A stretch of DNA of 36,839 nucleotides from Chloroflexota bacterium. GTDB taxonomy: Bacteria > Chloroflexota > Chloroflexia > Thermomicrobiales > UBA6265. The translations under genes were made by a program, and so were the position numbers. Positions 1 through 7,412 of the stretch are shown in pieces. Each line of letters begins with the position of its first letter. The first letter of the stretch is position 1. The notes below the pieces were generated by a model. That model was not told where the DNA came from. It did not search any database and was given only the letters and a program-made list of their open reading frames with translations. The DNA lies in NCBI GenBank assembly GCA_023415845.1, contig JAEZJB010000140.1, forward strand, positions 1-36,839. The letters are read 5' to 3'.

Positions 1-471
1 GAGGAAGCCGGGCAGGATAAACAGGTAAACGGGCCAGTTGACTCGAATGCGATTCCAGAGTGACCGTGAGTGTGGTTTCGCGACCGTGGGGAAAGGGAGA
101 ACAGACTGGACCATTCGGGAGGCAACCTCGGGTGGCAGGGAGATCCGGAACACCACAAACGCGCATGCCGCACGCCTGACCTGGATGTTGCTGTCGAGTC
201 ACCATACCTCACGCTTTCACCCCTGCCAAACCTTCCTTGCCAGGCACGAGCCAGTTCGCTTCAACCCTGGCAAGTTCCACGTTTATACGCCAGGTCCACA
301 TCGGAACTTCCGGCTCCCGTTTCCGGATTGGGTGGCGCGCTTGTCCAACCACCACTGATGTGTGACGATCGCGCGACGTGGGGGCAGGTCTGGACGTGGT
401 TCGTCAGGAACACTACCCCTGGCTGCATATCCGGGACCGAGTGGACCAACCTTCGATGGGAGCAAACCGCC

Positions 472-1239
472 ATGGGTGTACTTGATACGTTCCGGCTTGA
501 CGGAAAAGTCGCACTGGTGACCGGCGGCAGCCGGGGGATTGGGCGTGCTATCGCCCAGGCACTGGGCGAAGCCGGGGCTCGGGTGGCCCTGACCGCCCGC
601 ACCGATCAGGCTGCCGCGGAAGCCGCCGCCGAACTGCGTGCATTGGGGCTCGAAGCTCAGGGCTTTCGGCTCGAAGTAACCGATCCGGCCGATGTCCATC
701 GCGCGGTTCGTGAGGTTGAAGAGTCGCTTGGTCCCATCGATATCCTCGTCAACAACGCCGGAATTTCGCGGGCACATACCGCGCTCGAGGCCGACAACGA
801 CGACTGGCACACCATTCTGGCGACCAATGTCGATGGGGTCTGGCATTGCAGCCGGGAAGTCGCTGCGGGCATGGCCGAACGCGGTGGTGGCGTCATCGTC
901 AACATCGGATCGATGTCGGCCCAGATCGTCAACCAGCCTCGCTGGCAGCCAGCCTATCTGGCCTCCAAAGCTGCGGTGCACCAGCTGACGAAGGCGCTGG
1001 CCGCAGAGTGGGCTCCGCTGGGCATCCGGGTGAATGCCATTGCGCCGGGATACATCGAAACCGACCAGTCGCCCGTCTACGAGCCCGAGTACAAGCCATG
1101 GTGTGTCGATCCCGCCCCGATGAAGCGGGCTGGCCGCACCGACGAGTTGGGGCCAGTCGCGGTCTTCCTTGCCAGCAATGCATCGAGCTTCATGACTGGC
1201 TCAATCGTGGTTGCCGACGGCGGATTCACCCTGTTCTAG
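472..1239 (+). CDS. Short-chain dehydrogenase/reductase (SDR family, FabG/gluconate-5-dehydrogenase-like)
   Basis: The translation from the internal ATG at 472 begins MGVLDTFRLDGKVALVTGGSRGIGRAIAQ, the classical TGxxxGIG Rossmann motif. NNAG is present, and a YxxxK-like ASKAAVHQLTK active-site region. A GGGAG Shine-Dalgarno lies 9 nt upstream. The 134 upstream codons of track ORF 70..1239 have no family signal. Confidence 0.9.
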   Translation: MGVLDTFRLDGKVALVTGGSRGIGRAIAQALGEAGARVALTARTDQAAAEAAAELRALGLEAQGFRLEVTDPADVHRAVREVEESLGPIDILVNNAGISRAHTALEADNDDWHTILATNVDGVWHCSREVAAGMAERGGGVIVNIGSMSAQIVNQPRWQPAYLASKAAVHQLTKALAAEWAPLGIRVNAIAPGYIETDQSPVYEPEYKPWCVDPAPMKRAGRTDELGPVAVFLASNASSFMTGSIVVADGGFTLF

Positions 1240-1270
1240 CGGTGGCTGTGTGTGGGAAGTGAGGTATGGC

Positions 1271-2287
1271 GTGATCAAGGTCGGGATCGTGGGAGCGGGG
1301 TTGCGTGGACGGATGTATGCCTCGGCGTTGGCCGAGTCACCAGTTGCCGAGGTCGTCGCCTTCGCGGAACCGGCCGAGGCAGTGGCTGAGGCTGCCCGGC
1401 GCGAGTCTGGTGTCGCAGTGGTTCCGAGCCACCGCGCCATGCTCGACCAGTACGATCTGGACGCCGTGATCGTTGCAACGCCGGACTTCGCCCATCGCGA
1501 TGCTGCCGTTGACGCCGCGACGGCGGGAAAGCACCTCCTGATCGAGAAGCCGCTGGCCATGTCCGTCGCGGAGGCCTACGAGATTCGCGATGCTGTTCGC
1601 GCAGGCAGTGCCACCTGTCTGGTTGGCTTTGAGAACCGGTGGAATCCCCACATCGTTCAGGCCCATCGTGCGGTGACGGATGGTGTCATCGGCTCGCACA
1701 TCACCAGTGCGGCTACTCTCTCCAACACCTGGTTCGTGCCGGAGAACATGCTCTCCTGGGCGGCCCGGTCCTCGCCTGCCTGGTTCCTCATGCCCCATAC
1801 GGTCGATCTGGTCATGCATCTGTCGGGCCGCACACCAGTTTCGGTGATGTCGGTCGTGTCGAATGGTCAATTGCAGGCAAGGGGCATCGATACGGTCGAT
1901 GTCGTTCACGCCCTGCTCACCTTCGACGACGGCACTACCGCATCTCTTTCCTCCGCCTGGACGTTGCCGGACGGAACCGATGCGATTGTCGATTTTCGGT
2001 TCCAGGTCATCGGCACTGATGGCGCGATCAGTGCCGATCCCATCCATCAGGGGCTCAACCTGGTGACAGACCGCCAGCGTGCGCAGGGCACTCTCTCCGG
2101 GCGAATCGGTCCTGGTCTCGTTGGAGCGCCGATTTGGATGGCTCAGGAGTGGGTTGGGTGTCTTGCGCGCGGTGAATCGCTGGGGCCGGGAGTCGAGCAG
2201 GGAGTGCTGGTCACCGAGACGATCTGTGCGATCGAACGGTCGTACACCGAGCGACGCGAGGTAACGTTGGAGGAAATCCGGCGTTGA
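1271..2287 (+). CDS. Gfo/Idh/MocA family NAD(P)-dependent oxidoreductase (inositol/sugar dehydrogenase-like)
   Basis: GTG start at 1271 preceded by GGAAGTGAGG. The N-terminus VIKVGIVGAGLRGRMY is the family Rossmann motif, and EKPLA is the conserved family motif. It starts 32 nt after the SDR stop, so it is probably co-transcribed. Confidence 0.88.
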   Translation: MIKVGIVGAGLRGRMYASALAESPVAEVVAFAEPAEAVAEAARRESGVAVVPSHRAMLDQYDLDAVIVATPDFAHRDAAVDAATAGKHLLIEKPLAMSVAEAYEIRDAVRAGSATCLVGFENRWNPHIVQAHRAVTDGVIGSHITSAATLSNTWFVPENMLSWAARSSPAWFLMPHTVDLVMHLSGRTPVSVMSVVSNGQLQARGIDTVDVVHALLTFDDGTTASLSSAWTLPDGTDAIVDFRFQVIGTDGAISADPIHQGLNLVTDRQRAQGTLSGRIGPGLVGAPIWMAQEWVGCLARGESLGPGVEQGVLVTETICAIERSYTERREVTLEEIRR

Positions 2288-2370
2288 CGGAGGGCGACAG
2301 CAGAGCTGTCGCGGCGAAGGGTCAGGGAATACGGCTGGCATGTGCGAATTGATCGCTGACCGATAACGAC

Positions 2371-2406
2371 AACGGCCCTGGAGAACTTTCATTCCCCAGG
2401 GCCGTT
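2371..2406. terminator. Hairpin between convergent genes (probable bidirectional terminator)
   Basis: AACGGCCCTGG (2371-2381) pairs perfectly with CCAGGGCCGTT (2396-2406) across a 14-nt loop. It lies between the Gfo/Idh/MocA stop (2287) and the zinc-ribbon gene stop (2423). Confidence 0.6.
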
Positions 2407-2422
2407 CGTGAGAAGGACTGGT

Positions 2423-2581
2423 TTAGTCAGCCTTCTTGGTGCTCTTGATGCGGAAGAGCTTGGTGCCGCAGACCGGGCACTTGCCCTGGATGGCCGGACG
2501 ACCATTCTTCATGGTCACTTCTTCTTCGTCGACCATCTCCCGCTTCTCGCGGCACTTCACACAATACGCTTCCGTTGCCAT
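2423..2581 (-). CDS. Small (52 aa) zinc-ribbon protein, DUF5679-like
   Basis: Hand-translated: MATEAYCVKCREKREMVDEEEVTMKNGRPAIQGKCPVCGTKLFRIKSTKKAD. It has two CxxC pairs. A strong GGGAGG Shine-Dalgarno lies 7 nt upstream of the ATG at 2581, and the stop is TAA at 2423-2425. It is below the ORF-track length cutoff. Track ORF 2427..2633 is in a different frame over the same DNA. Confidence 0.75.
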   Translation of the reverse strand: MATEAYCVKCREKREMVDEEEVTMKNGRPAIQGKCPVCGTKLFRIKSTKKAD

Positions 2582-2771
2582 GATTGACCTCCCTTGTTAG
2601 CGCCAAGTTTCCCCCTGGAAACCGTTGGCCCACCCCGCAATCCCAAATCGGAGCGGTGCGCGAATACGCAGCCGAAACCGCGCTCTCACCACGTACGTAC
2701 GTGGCACCTGATGAACTGCACGCTTCTGGCGTGTTTTACGTCATTTGTCGCGAATTGTCGAACCGAAGTGG

Positions 2772-3461
2772 TCAGTCTTCATCAATTGGCTCGATCAGGT
2801 CGGGCTCGTTGTTTCGAACATTGTTGACCGCCTTGCTCACACGCCAGGCTTCAATTGCGTCGTCCGGGGCTGGCTGGAACAGATGCTCGAGCGGGCCGAG
2901 CTCATCGATATCCTGGTCGAGCCACTCCTCGACACCTGCATCATCCAGCATCACCGGCATCCGGTCGTGCAGGGGGGCCATGGTGTCGTTGGCAGTGGTT
3001 GTGAGGATGGTGAACGATTCAATGGGATCTCCGTTCGCATCCTTCGCCACATCGTACAGGCCAGCCAGGAGCATCAGCTCATGCTCGCGAGGCTTGACGA
3101 AGTAGGGTTGCTTGGCGGCCCCTTCGCGCTTCCATTCATAGAAGCCGTTGGCGGGCACCACCACGCGCCGCGACTTCACCAGCCCCTTGAACATGGCCTT
3201 TTCACCAATGGTTTCGCTCCGGGCGTTGATCGGGGCGATCTTCGGCTTCTCGCCAGGTTTTGTCCACCGAGGAATCAGTCCCCAGGCCATCGCGCGAACG
3301 GCGGCGATTTCATCACTCTCGGGCACGATCACTGGCAGGTCCTGGGTGGGAGCCGCGTTCCAGGTCGGGTGAAAGTGATCGAAGAATGCCAGGTCGAGCC
3401 TGACATTCGTGAGCCGTTCACTGAGTTCCTGGTATTCGTAGAAGACATAGCGGCCGCACAT
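2772..3461 (-). CDS. SOS response-associated peptidase (SRAP/YedK/HMCES family, abasic-site DNA-protein crosslinking)
   Basis: The internal start gives MCGRYVF..., with the invariant catalytic Cys2. NAAPTQ, NARSET and FYEW motifs typical of SRAP are present. AGGAG lies upstream of the ATG at 3461. Confidence 0.9.
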   Translation of the reverse strand: MCGRYVFYEYQELSERLTNVRLDLAFFDHFHPTWNAAPTQDLPVIVPESDEIAAVRAMAWGLIPRWTKPGEKPKIAPINARSETIGEKAMFKGLVKSRRVVVPANGFYEWKREGAAKQPYFVKPREHELMLLAGLYDVAKDANGDPIESFTILTTTANDTMAPLHDRMPVMLDDAGVEEWLDQDIDELGPLEHLFQPAPDDAIEAWRVSKAVNNVRNNEPDLIEPIDED

Positions 3462-3499
3462 GCAGAGACTCCTTTCAGGTCTGGTTCGCAGAGTCTGCC

Positions 3500-3543
3500 A
3501 TGAAAACAACAATCCCGGTGCCGCTTCGTTGCGACACCGGGAT
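3500..3543 (-). terminator. Rho-independent terminator after the small membrane-protein gene
   Basis: On the minus strand, ATCCCGGTG and CACCGGGAT form a 9-bp stem with a 14-nt loop, followed by TTGTTGTTTTC. It sits 17 nt downstream of the stop at 3560. Confidence 0.7.
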
Positions 3544-3559
3544 ACGTGGGGAGAGGGGA

Positions 3560-3787
3560 TCAGGCGGCCTCACGATGGAAGGGAGCATCGTCGGAGACGG
3601 TGCGCGGGGTGATGGAGCGTGGGGCCGGGCGATCGAAAGGAACGGGCTCGATGGAAATGATGCGGTCCTCTTCGATCTTGACGGAGGTCTGTCGATTGTC
3701 GGAGGCGAGCAGTGCCGGACCAAATGCCAGCACGGCGAACACGAAGGTGACGATGCCGATCAAGCCATTGATGACGATCGATTCCAT
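3560..3787 (-). CDS. Hypothetical 75-aa single-pass membrane protein (LexA-box associated)
   Basis: MESIVINGLIGIVTFVFAVLAFGPALLASDNRQT... has one N-terminal hydrophobic helix and then a polar, Pro-rich tail. GGAAAGGA Shine-Dalgarno lies upstream of the ATG at 3787. Its own terminator is downstream and two LexA boxes are upstream. I recognise no family. Confidence 0.6.
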   Translation of the reverse strand: MESIVINGLIGIVTFVFAVLAFGPALLASDNRQTSVKIEEDRIISIEPVPFDRPAPRSITPRTVSDDAPFHREAA

Positions 3788-3876
3788 GGGAGCAGGTCCT
3801 TTCCGGTGGGCCCGCAATCACGGGCCGAATCAGTGATGTCGTGCGGTTTGCGGGACCGGTACCCGCTCTCCTGTAC

Positions 3877-3888
3877 GAACACATGTTC
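3877..3888. promoter_or_regulatory. LexA (SOS) box 1, Cheo-type GAAC-N4-GTTC
   Basis: cGAACACATGTTCt is a perfect palindromic GAAC-N4-GTTC. It overlaps the putative -10 of the minus-strand promoter, 90 nt upstream of the small membrane-protein start. Confidence 0.7.
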
Positions 3889-3911
3889 TCACGAGTGTGC
3901 CTCTATGTCAA
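3883..3911 (-). promoter_or_regulatory. Putative sigma-70-type promoter for the small membrane-protein gene
   Basis: Minus strand: TTGACA (3906-3911), a 17-nt spacer, then GAACAT (3883-3888). The -10 is weak (3/6) and lies inside LexA box 1, a typical repressor geometry. Confidence 0.45.
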
Positions 3912-3932
3912 TAGTGTACGGTCATTTGTTTC

Positions 3933-3944
3933 GAACGAGTGTTC
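3933..3944. promoter_or_regulatory. LexA (SOS) box 2, Cheo-type GAAC-N4-GTTC
   Basis: tcGAACGAGTGTTCt is a second perfect GAAC-N4-GTTC, 56 bp from box 1 in the same intergenic region. Confidence 0.65.
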
Positions 3945-4206
3945 TGGTTGTCGTGAGGCCGGATGCTACGGTGCAGGTCTTGGAAACCGGCCTCACCTAG
4001 ATCATGCTGGTGGAACCTGAGCGGAACCGGAGTAGAAGCTGAAGAAAGGCTGAAGGCCGCGTACGTTCGCAAATTCTCGACCCAGAGGAGCCAGACTGCG
4101 GCATCATGGGGTGATTACCTGACGCACCCGCGGGCAGTCTCGTGAATTTCCGGACATCGACCGCCCCTGTATCGTGGCAATGCTGGGAGTCGGAATGGGA
4201 TAAGGA

Positions 4207-4237
4207 GGCGGCTGGCCCATGAGCCAGCCGCCTTTCT
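4207..4237. terminator. GC-rich hairpin downstream of ino1 (terminator-like)
   Basis: GGCGGCTGGC (4207-4216) pairs with GCCAGCCGCC (4223-4232) across a 6-nt loop. TTTCT follows on the plus strand. It is 30 nt downstream of the minus-strand ino1 stop, so the strand served is ambiguous. Confidence 0.55.
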
Positions 4238-4262
4238 ACAGGTATTGGAGGAGGTCTTGACG

Positions 4263-5384
4263 TCAGGCGAGAGCGGGCTCGCGGACATAGGCATTGGCGG
4301 CGATGAAGGCGTCCACCTCATCTCGCGCAATATCGTCGTGAAGCTGAACCGGCGGCGACTTCATGAACCAGGCACTCGGTGCCTCCAGCGCCCCCGCGAT
4401 GCCATTGTTGAGCGCCAGCTTGCAGCAGCGGATGGCATCGATCACCACCCCGGCGCTGTTCGGCGAATCCCACACTTCGAGCTTGAGTTCGACATTGAGT
4501 GGCACGTCCCCGAAGGTGGTGCCTTCGAGCCGGATATGCGCCCATTTGCGATCTTCCAGCCACGGAACATGGTCGCTGGGACCAACGTGGACCTTGTCGG
4601 CCTCGACCCCGTAATCCATCTGGGACGTCACGGCATTGGTCTTTGAGATTTTCTTCGACTCCAGGCGGTCACGTTCGAGCATGTTGAGGAAGTCGGTGTT
4701 GCCGCCGAAGTTCAGTTGATAGGTGCGATCGATCCGCACGCCCCGGTCCTCGAAGAGGCGGGTCAGCATCCGGTGCGTGATGGTGGCGCCGACCTGGCTC
4801 TTGATGTCGTCGCCGATGATCGGCAACCCGGCTTCTTCGAATCGCGCCCGCCACTCGGGTTCGCGGGCGATGAAAACCGGAATGCAGTTGACGAAGGCGC
4901 AACCGGCCTCCAGCACCTGCTCGACATACCACCTGGTGGCCTGTTCGGAACCGACCGGCAGGTAGGAAACCACCACATCGGTCTGGGTGTCGCGCAGCAC
5001 CTGGGCAACATCGACCTCGGGCTGGTCGGCGACCGGGACGACGTCGGCGGTGTAGCGTCCGACCCCATCCATGACCGGGCCACGCATGACCGGCACATTC
5101 AGGAAGGGAACATCGGAGAACTTGATGGTGTTGTTGGGGGAGGCAAAGACGGCTTCACCGAGATCGAGACCGACCTTGGTGGCGTTTACGTCGAAGGCGG
5201 CGGAGAATTCGATATCACGAATGTGGTAGCCGCCAAGATTGACGTGCATGAGGCCAGGAACGAACGTGTCCTCCGGGGCATTCTGGTAGTACTGCACGCC
5301 CTGCACGAGGGATGAGGCGCAATTGCCAACACCGATGATGGCAACGCGAATCCGGTCTTTCCGCGGGAGAGGAAGCGAAGTCAT
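4263..5384 (-). CDS. ino1: myo-Inositol-1-phosphate (inositol-3-phosphate) synthase
   Basis: From the ATG at 5384: [33 protein letters not shown]...[15 protein letters not shown]...[10 protein letters not shown]...[12 protein letters not shown]...LNFGGNTDF. This is the bacterial/archaeal MIPS signature, as in the actinobacterial Ino1 type. Confidence 0.92.
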   Translation of the reverse strand: MTSLPLPRKDRIRVAIIGVGNCASSLVQGVQYYQNAPEDTFVPGLMHVNLGGYHIRDIEFSAAFDVNATKVGLDLGEAVFASPNNTIKFSDVPFLNVPVMRGPVMDGVGRYTADVVPVADQPEVDVAQVLRDTQTDVVVSYLPVGSEQATRWYVEQVLEAGCAFVNCIPVFIAREPEWRARFEEAGLPIIGDDIKSQVGATITHRMLTRLFEDRGVRIDRTYQLNFGGNTDFLNMLERDRLESKKISKTNAVTSQMDYGVEADKVHVGPSDHVPWLEDRKWAHIRLEGTTFGDVPLNVELKLEVWDSPNSAGVVIDAIRCCKLALNNGIAGALEAPSAWFMKSPPVQLHDDIARDEVDAFIAANAYVREPALA

Positions 5385-6269
5385 GGTCAAAACTCCGTAT
5401 GTCGGATGGCAACTCCGCCGCTCGTGACTCTGGACGTAACAGCACGCACGAAGCCAAACCCTGTCCTCTGGTTCCGGCATTTGGCCGGAGAGGGGGTCTG
5501 GATCGTCTCCTCGGAGAAGGAGGTGGGCGGCCGGAACGGTTCGTCTTGCGAACCCTGGCCGATCCCTGCGCACGTTCCGTTGTCAACGAGGCGAACGAAG
5601 TCGCATGTGGCGATGATCGTTCGGCATTGATGGTTTGTTGGGCCCTGCCCCGCGGTGACAGACTGACCCAATCCACCAATGATGAGAAAACAGTAGCGAT
5701 CAGTTCGGGAGAATGCAAGGGGCTGTAGGCCCGTGTCCGGGGCACAGGCCTCAGGTGCCCCAGGCCAGTGTTGAGTTCTGGTGGATGTGTGTTCGGCGGA
5801 ATGAAGTTTGCAATAATTCGAAAATCATTGATTCCATGGGCTTCTTTGCGGGTATTTCTTCCGAGACCGGGGTGTTTGTAGCAAATGGAGAATTCGGGCG
5901 GATTGCGACGGGCCTATTTCTTTCGACGGTGGTATCACACCAGCACAGCGGCGGGCGAAGGCGAGGCGTGAGATGCCGCTACCTAACGTACGCATCGAAG
6001 GACCGAAATCCCGCCACCATTCGCGATATTGGTCGTTCGTCCATGATGACCTTCGAATTCGCGCGGAGCCGGCAGGTTTCGGCCACGTGCCCAACATCTA
6101 TGCAGCGAGCGCCCGCTCCTCTACCCTATCCCGGTCGAACCAGCTTGCGTCGTACCACCTGGGACCAGCGCACGGAGTTCCAGGCGAGGCCCGACGAATG
6201 TGGATGTGGCCTGCGGCATTGCCGGGCCGTTGAGTCCTGCTTCAAGATTGACCTGGACAGGAGCAACAG

Positions 6270-7313
6270 ATGAAGATCACGGACATCAGGGTTGAAACGG
6301 CCATCGTGCCAGTCGAGCATCAGTTCGTCTGGCGCAAGGGCCTGCCGGGCTCGGGCACCGAGCAGGACACCATTCGCATCATTATCGAGACCGACGATGG
6401 CATCACCGGCGAGGCCCGCGGTTCGCACGGGGCCATCATGCGCGACATCGTCGACCGCCGCCTTCGCCCTGACCTGGTCGGTCACGACCCGCTGATGAAG
6501 GAGGAACTCTGGAAGCGGGTCTGGGAGCTCGACCGGCTGGAGGAGATCCCCATCTACGGCCTCGGGCTCGTCGACATTGCCCTCTGGGACCTGACGGCCA
6601 AAGCGGCGGGTCTGCCGCTCTACAAGCTGATCGGTGGCTTTCGCGACCGCATTCCCGCCTACGCCAGCACCGTGACCTACAGCACCATCGAGGAATTCCT
6701 GGAGATCGCCGACCAGTGCCTCGAGGCCGGGTTCAAGGCGATCAAGTTGCATGCCTGGGGTGATTCGAAAGCCGATGTGAAACTCGGGCAGGCATTACGC
6801 AATCACGTTGGTCCGGATATCGAGTTGATGTACGACGGTTCGGCCGGGTTCGACCTGCTCGACGCCATCTATGTCGGACGTGGCCTCGGGGAAGCCGGGT
6901 TCTTCTGGTACGAAGAGCCGATGCGTGAGTTCAACATCGATGCCTACCGTCGCCTGCGGGACAAGGTCGAGATCCCCCTGCTCTCCGGTGAGACCTCGGA
7001 CGGCGCGCATTACAACATCGCCGATTTCATCGCTGCCGACGCCTGCGACCTCGTGCGCACCTCGACGCACTACAAGGGCGGCGTCACCGGGGCACTCCGG
7101 ATCGCGCACCTCGCCGAGTCGTTCAACATGCGGGCCGAGGTCCACGGCGGTGGGCTGCCGAATCTGCACATCGCCTGCGCGATTCCCAACACCACCTGGT
7201 ACGAATCACTGGTGAGGACCAACCCGATCATCGTCGAGGACGGGATCGGGCCGGATGGCTGCATCTCCCCGCCTGACGTGCCCGGTATCGGCTGGGATGC
7301 TCCATTTGGTTAG
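6270..7313 (+). CDS. Enolase-superfamily enzyme (mandelate racemase/muconate lactonizing family), paralog 1
   Basis: The N-terminal capping domain begins MKITDIRVE...ETDDGITGEA. Barrel metal-ligand-like motifs are LMYDGS, WYEEP and SGET. AGGAG Shine-Dalgarno lies 6 nt upstream. Confidence 0.88.
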   Translation: MKITDIRVETAIVPVEHQFVWRKGLPGSGTEQDTIRIIIETDDGITGEARGSHGAIMRDIVDRRLRPDLVGHDPLMKEELWKRVWELDRLEEIPIYGLGLVDIALWDLTAKAAGLPLYKLIGGFRDRIPAYASTVTYSTIEEFLEIADQCLEAGFKAIKLHAWGDSKADVKLGQALRNHVGPDIELMYDGSAGFDLLDAIYVGRGLGEAGFFWYEEPMREFNIDAYRRLRDKVEIPLLSGETSDGAHYNIADFIAADACDLVRTSTHYKGGVTGALRIAHLAESFNMRAEVHGGGLPNLHIACAIPNTTWYESLVRTNPIIVEDGIGPDGCISPPDVPGIGWDAPFG

Positions 7314-7363
7314 CGGCTGGATTGCCCGCCCGTGAGGGTGCCGCCCAGAGAATGCACATAACG

Positions 7364-7402
7364 CAATGATCGGGCGCGGAATCAATTCGCGCCCGATCAT
7401 TG
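7364..7402. terminator. Perfect 15-bp hairpin between convergent genes (bidirectional terminator)
   Basis: CAATGATCGGGCGCG (7364-7378) pairs with CGCGCCCGATCATTG (7388-7402) across a 9-nt loop. It lies between the enolase-1 stop (7313) and the aminotransferase stop (7413). Confidence 0.75.
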
Positions 7403-7412
7403 TTCGCGGCGA

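Noticed and set aside
70-471. N-terminal extensions of track ORFs: 70-471 on the SDR, 12062-12718 on MocR, 8670-9032 on DegT, 9511-9954 on the response regulator, 32680-33078 on DapA-like, 20566-20856 on GT-C, and 5385-5573 on ino1
   Set aside because: In each case the family-typical N-terminus begins at an internal ATG or GTG with a Shine-Dalgarno. The upstream part is Arg/Pro/Ser-rich filler that often overlaps the neighbouring gene or control region.
1-471. Possible gene or ncRNA in the first 470 bp (track ORF 38..358, and the hairpin CTTGCCAGG-N20-CCTGGCAAG at about 236-273)
   Set aside because: The ORF has no Shine-Dalgarno or family signal, and I recognise no RNA family. The window edge truncates the context, so I leave it unassigned rather than call a feature.
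2427-2633. 68-aa minus-strand track ORF
   Set aside because: It is the wrong frame over the zinc-ribbon gene. It lacks a Shine-Dalgarno, whereas the 52-aa frame has GGGAGG at ideal spacing and two CxxC pairs.
4220-4261. 13-codon micro-ORF (MSQPPFYRYWRRS) after AAGGAGG
   Set aside because: Both the Shine-Dalgarno-like sequence and the ATG lie inside the terminator-like hairpin 4207-4232. This is most simply a coincidence of the GC-rich stem.
5713-6273. 186-aa plus-strand ORF filling the long ino1/enolase spacer
   Set aside because: There is no spacing between the GGGAGA and the ATG, and the composition is Cys/Arg/Trp-rich. It ends 4 nt into the enolase gene and has no recognisable motifs. 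The region is reported as unexplained non-coding DNA instead.
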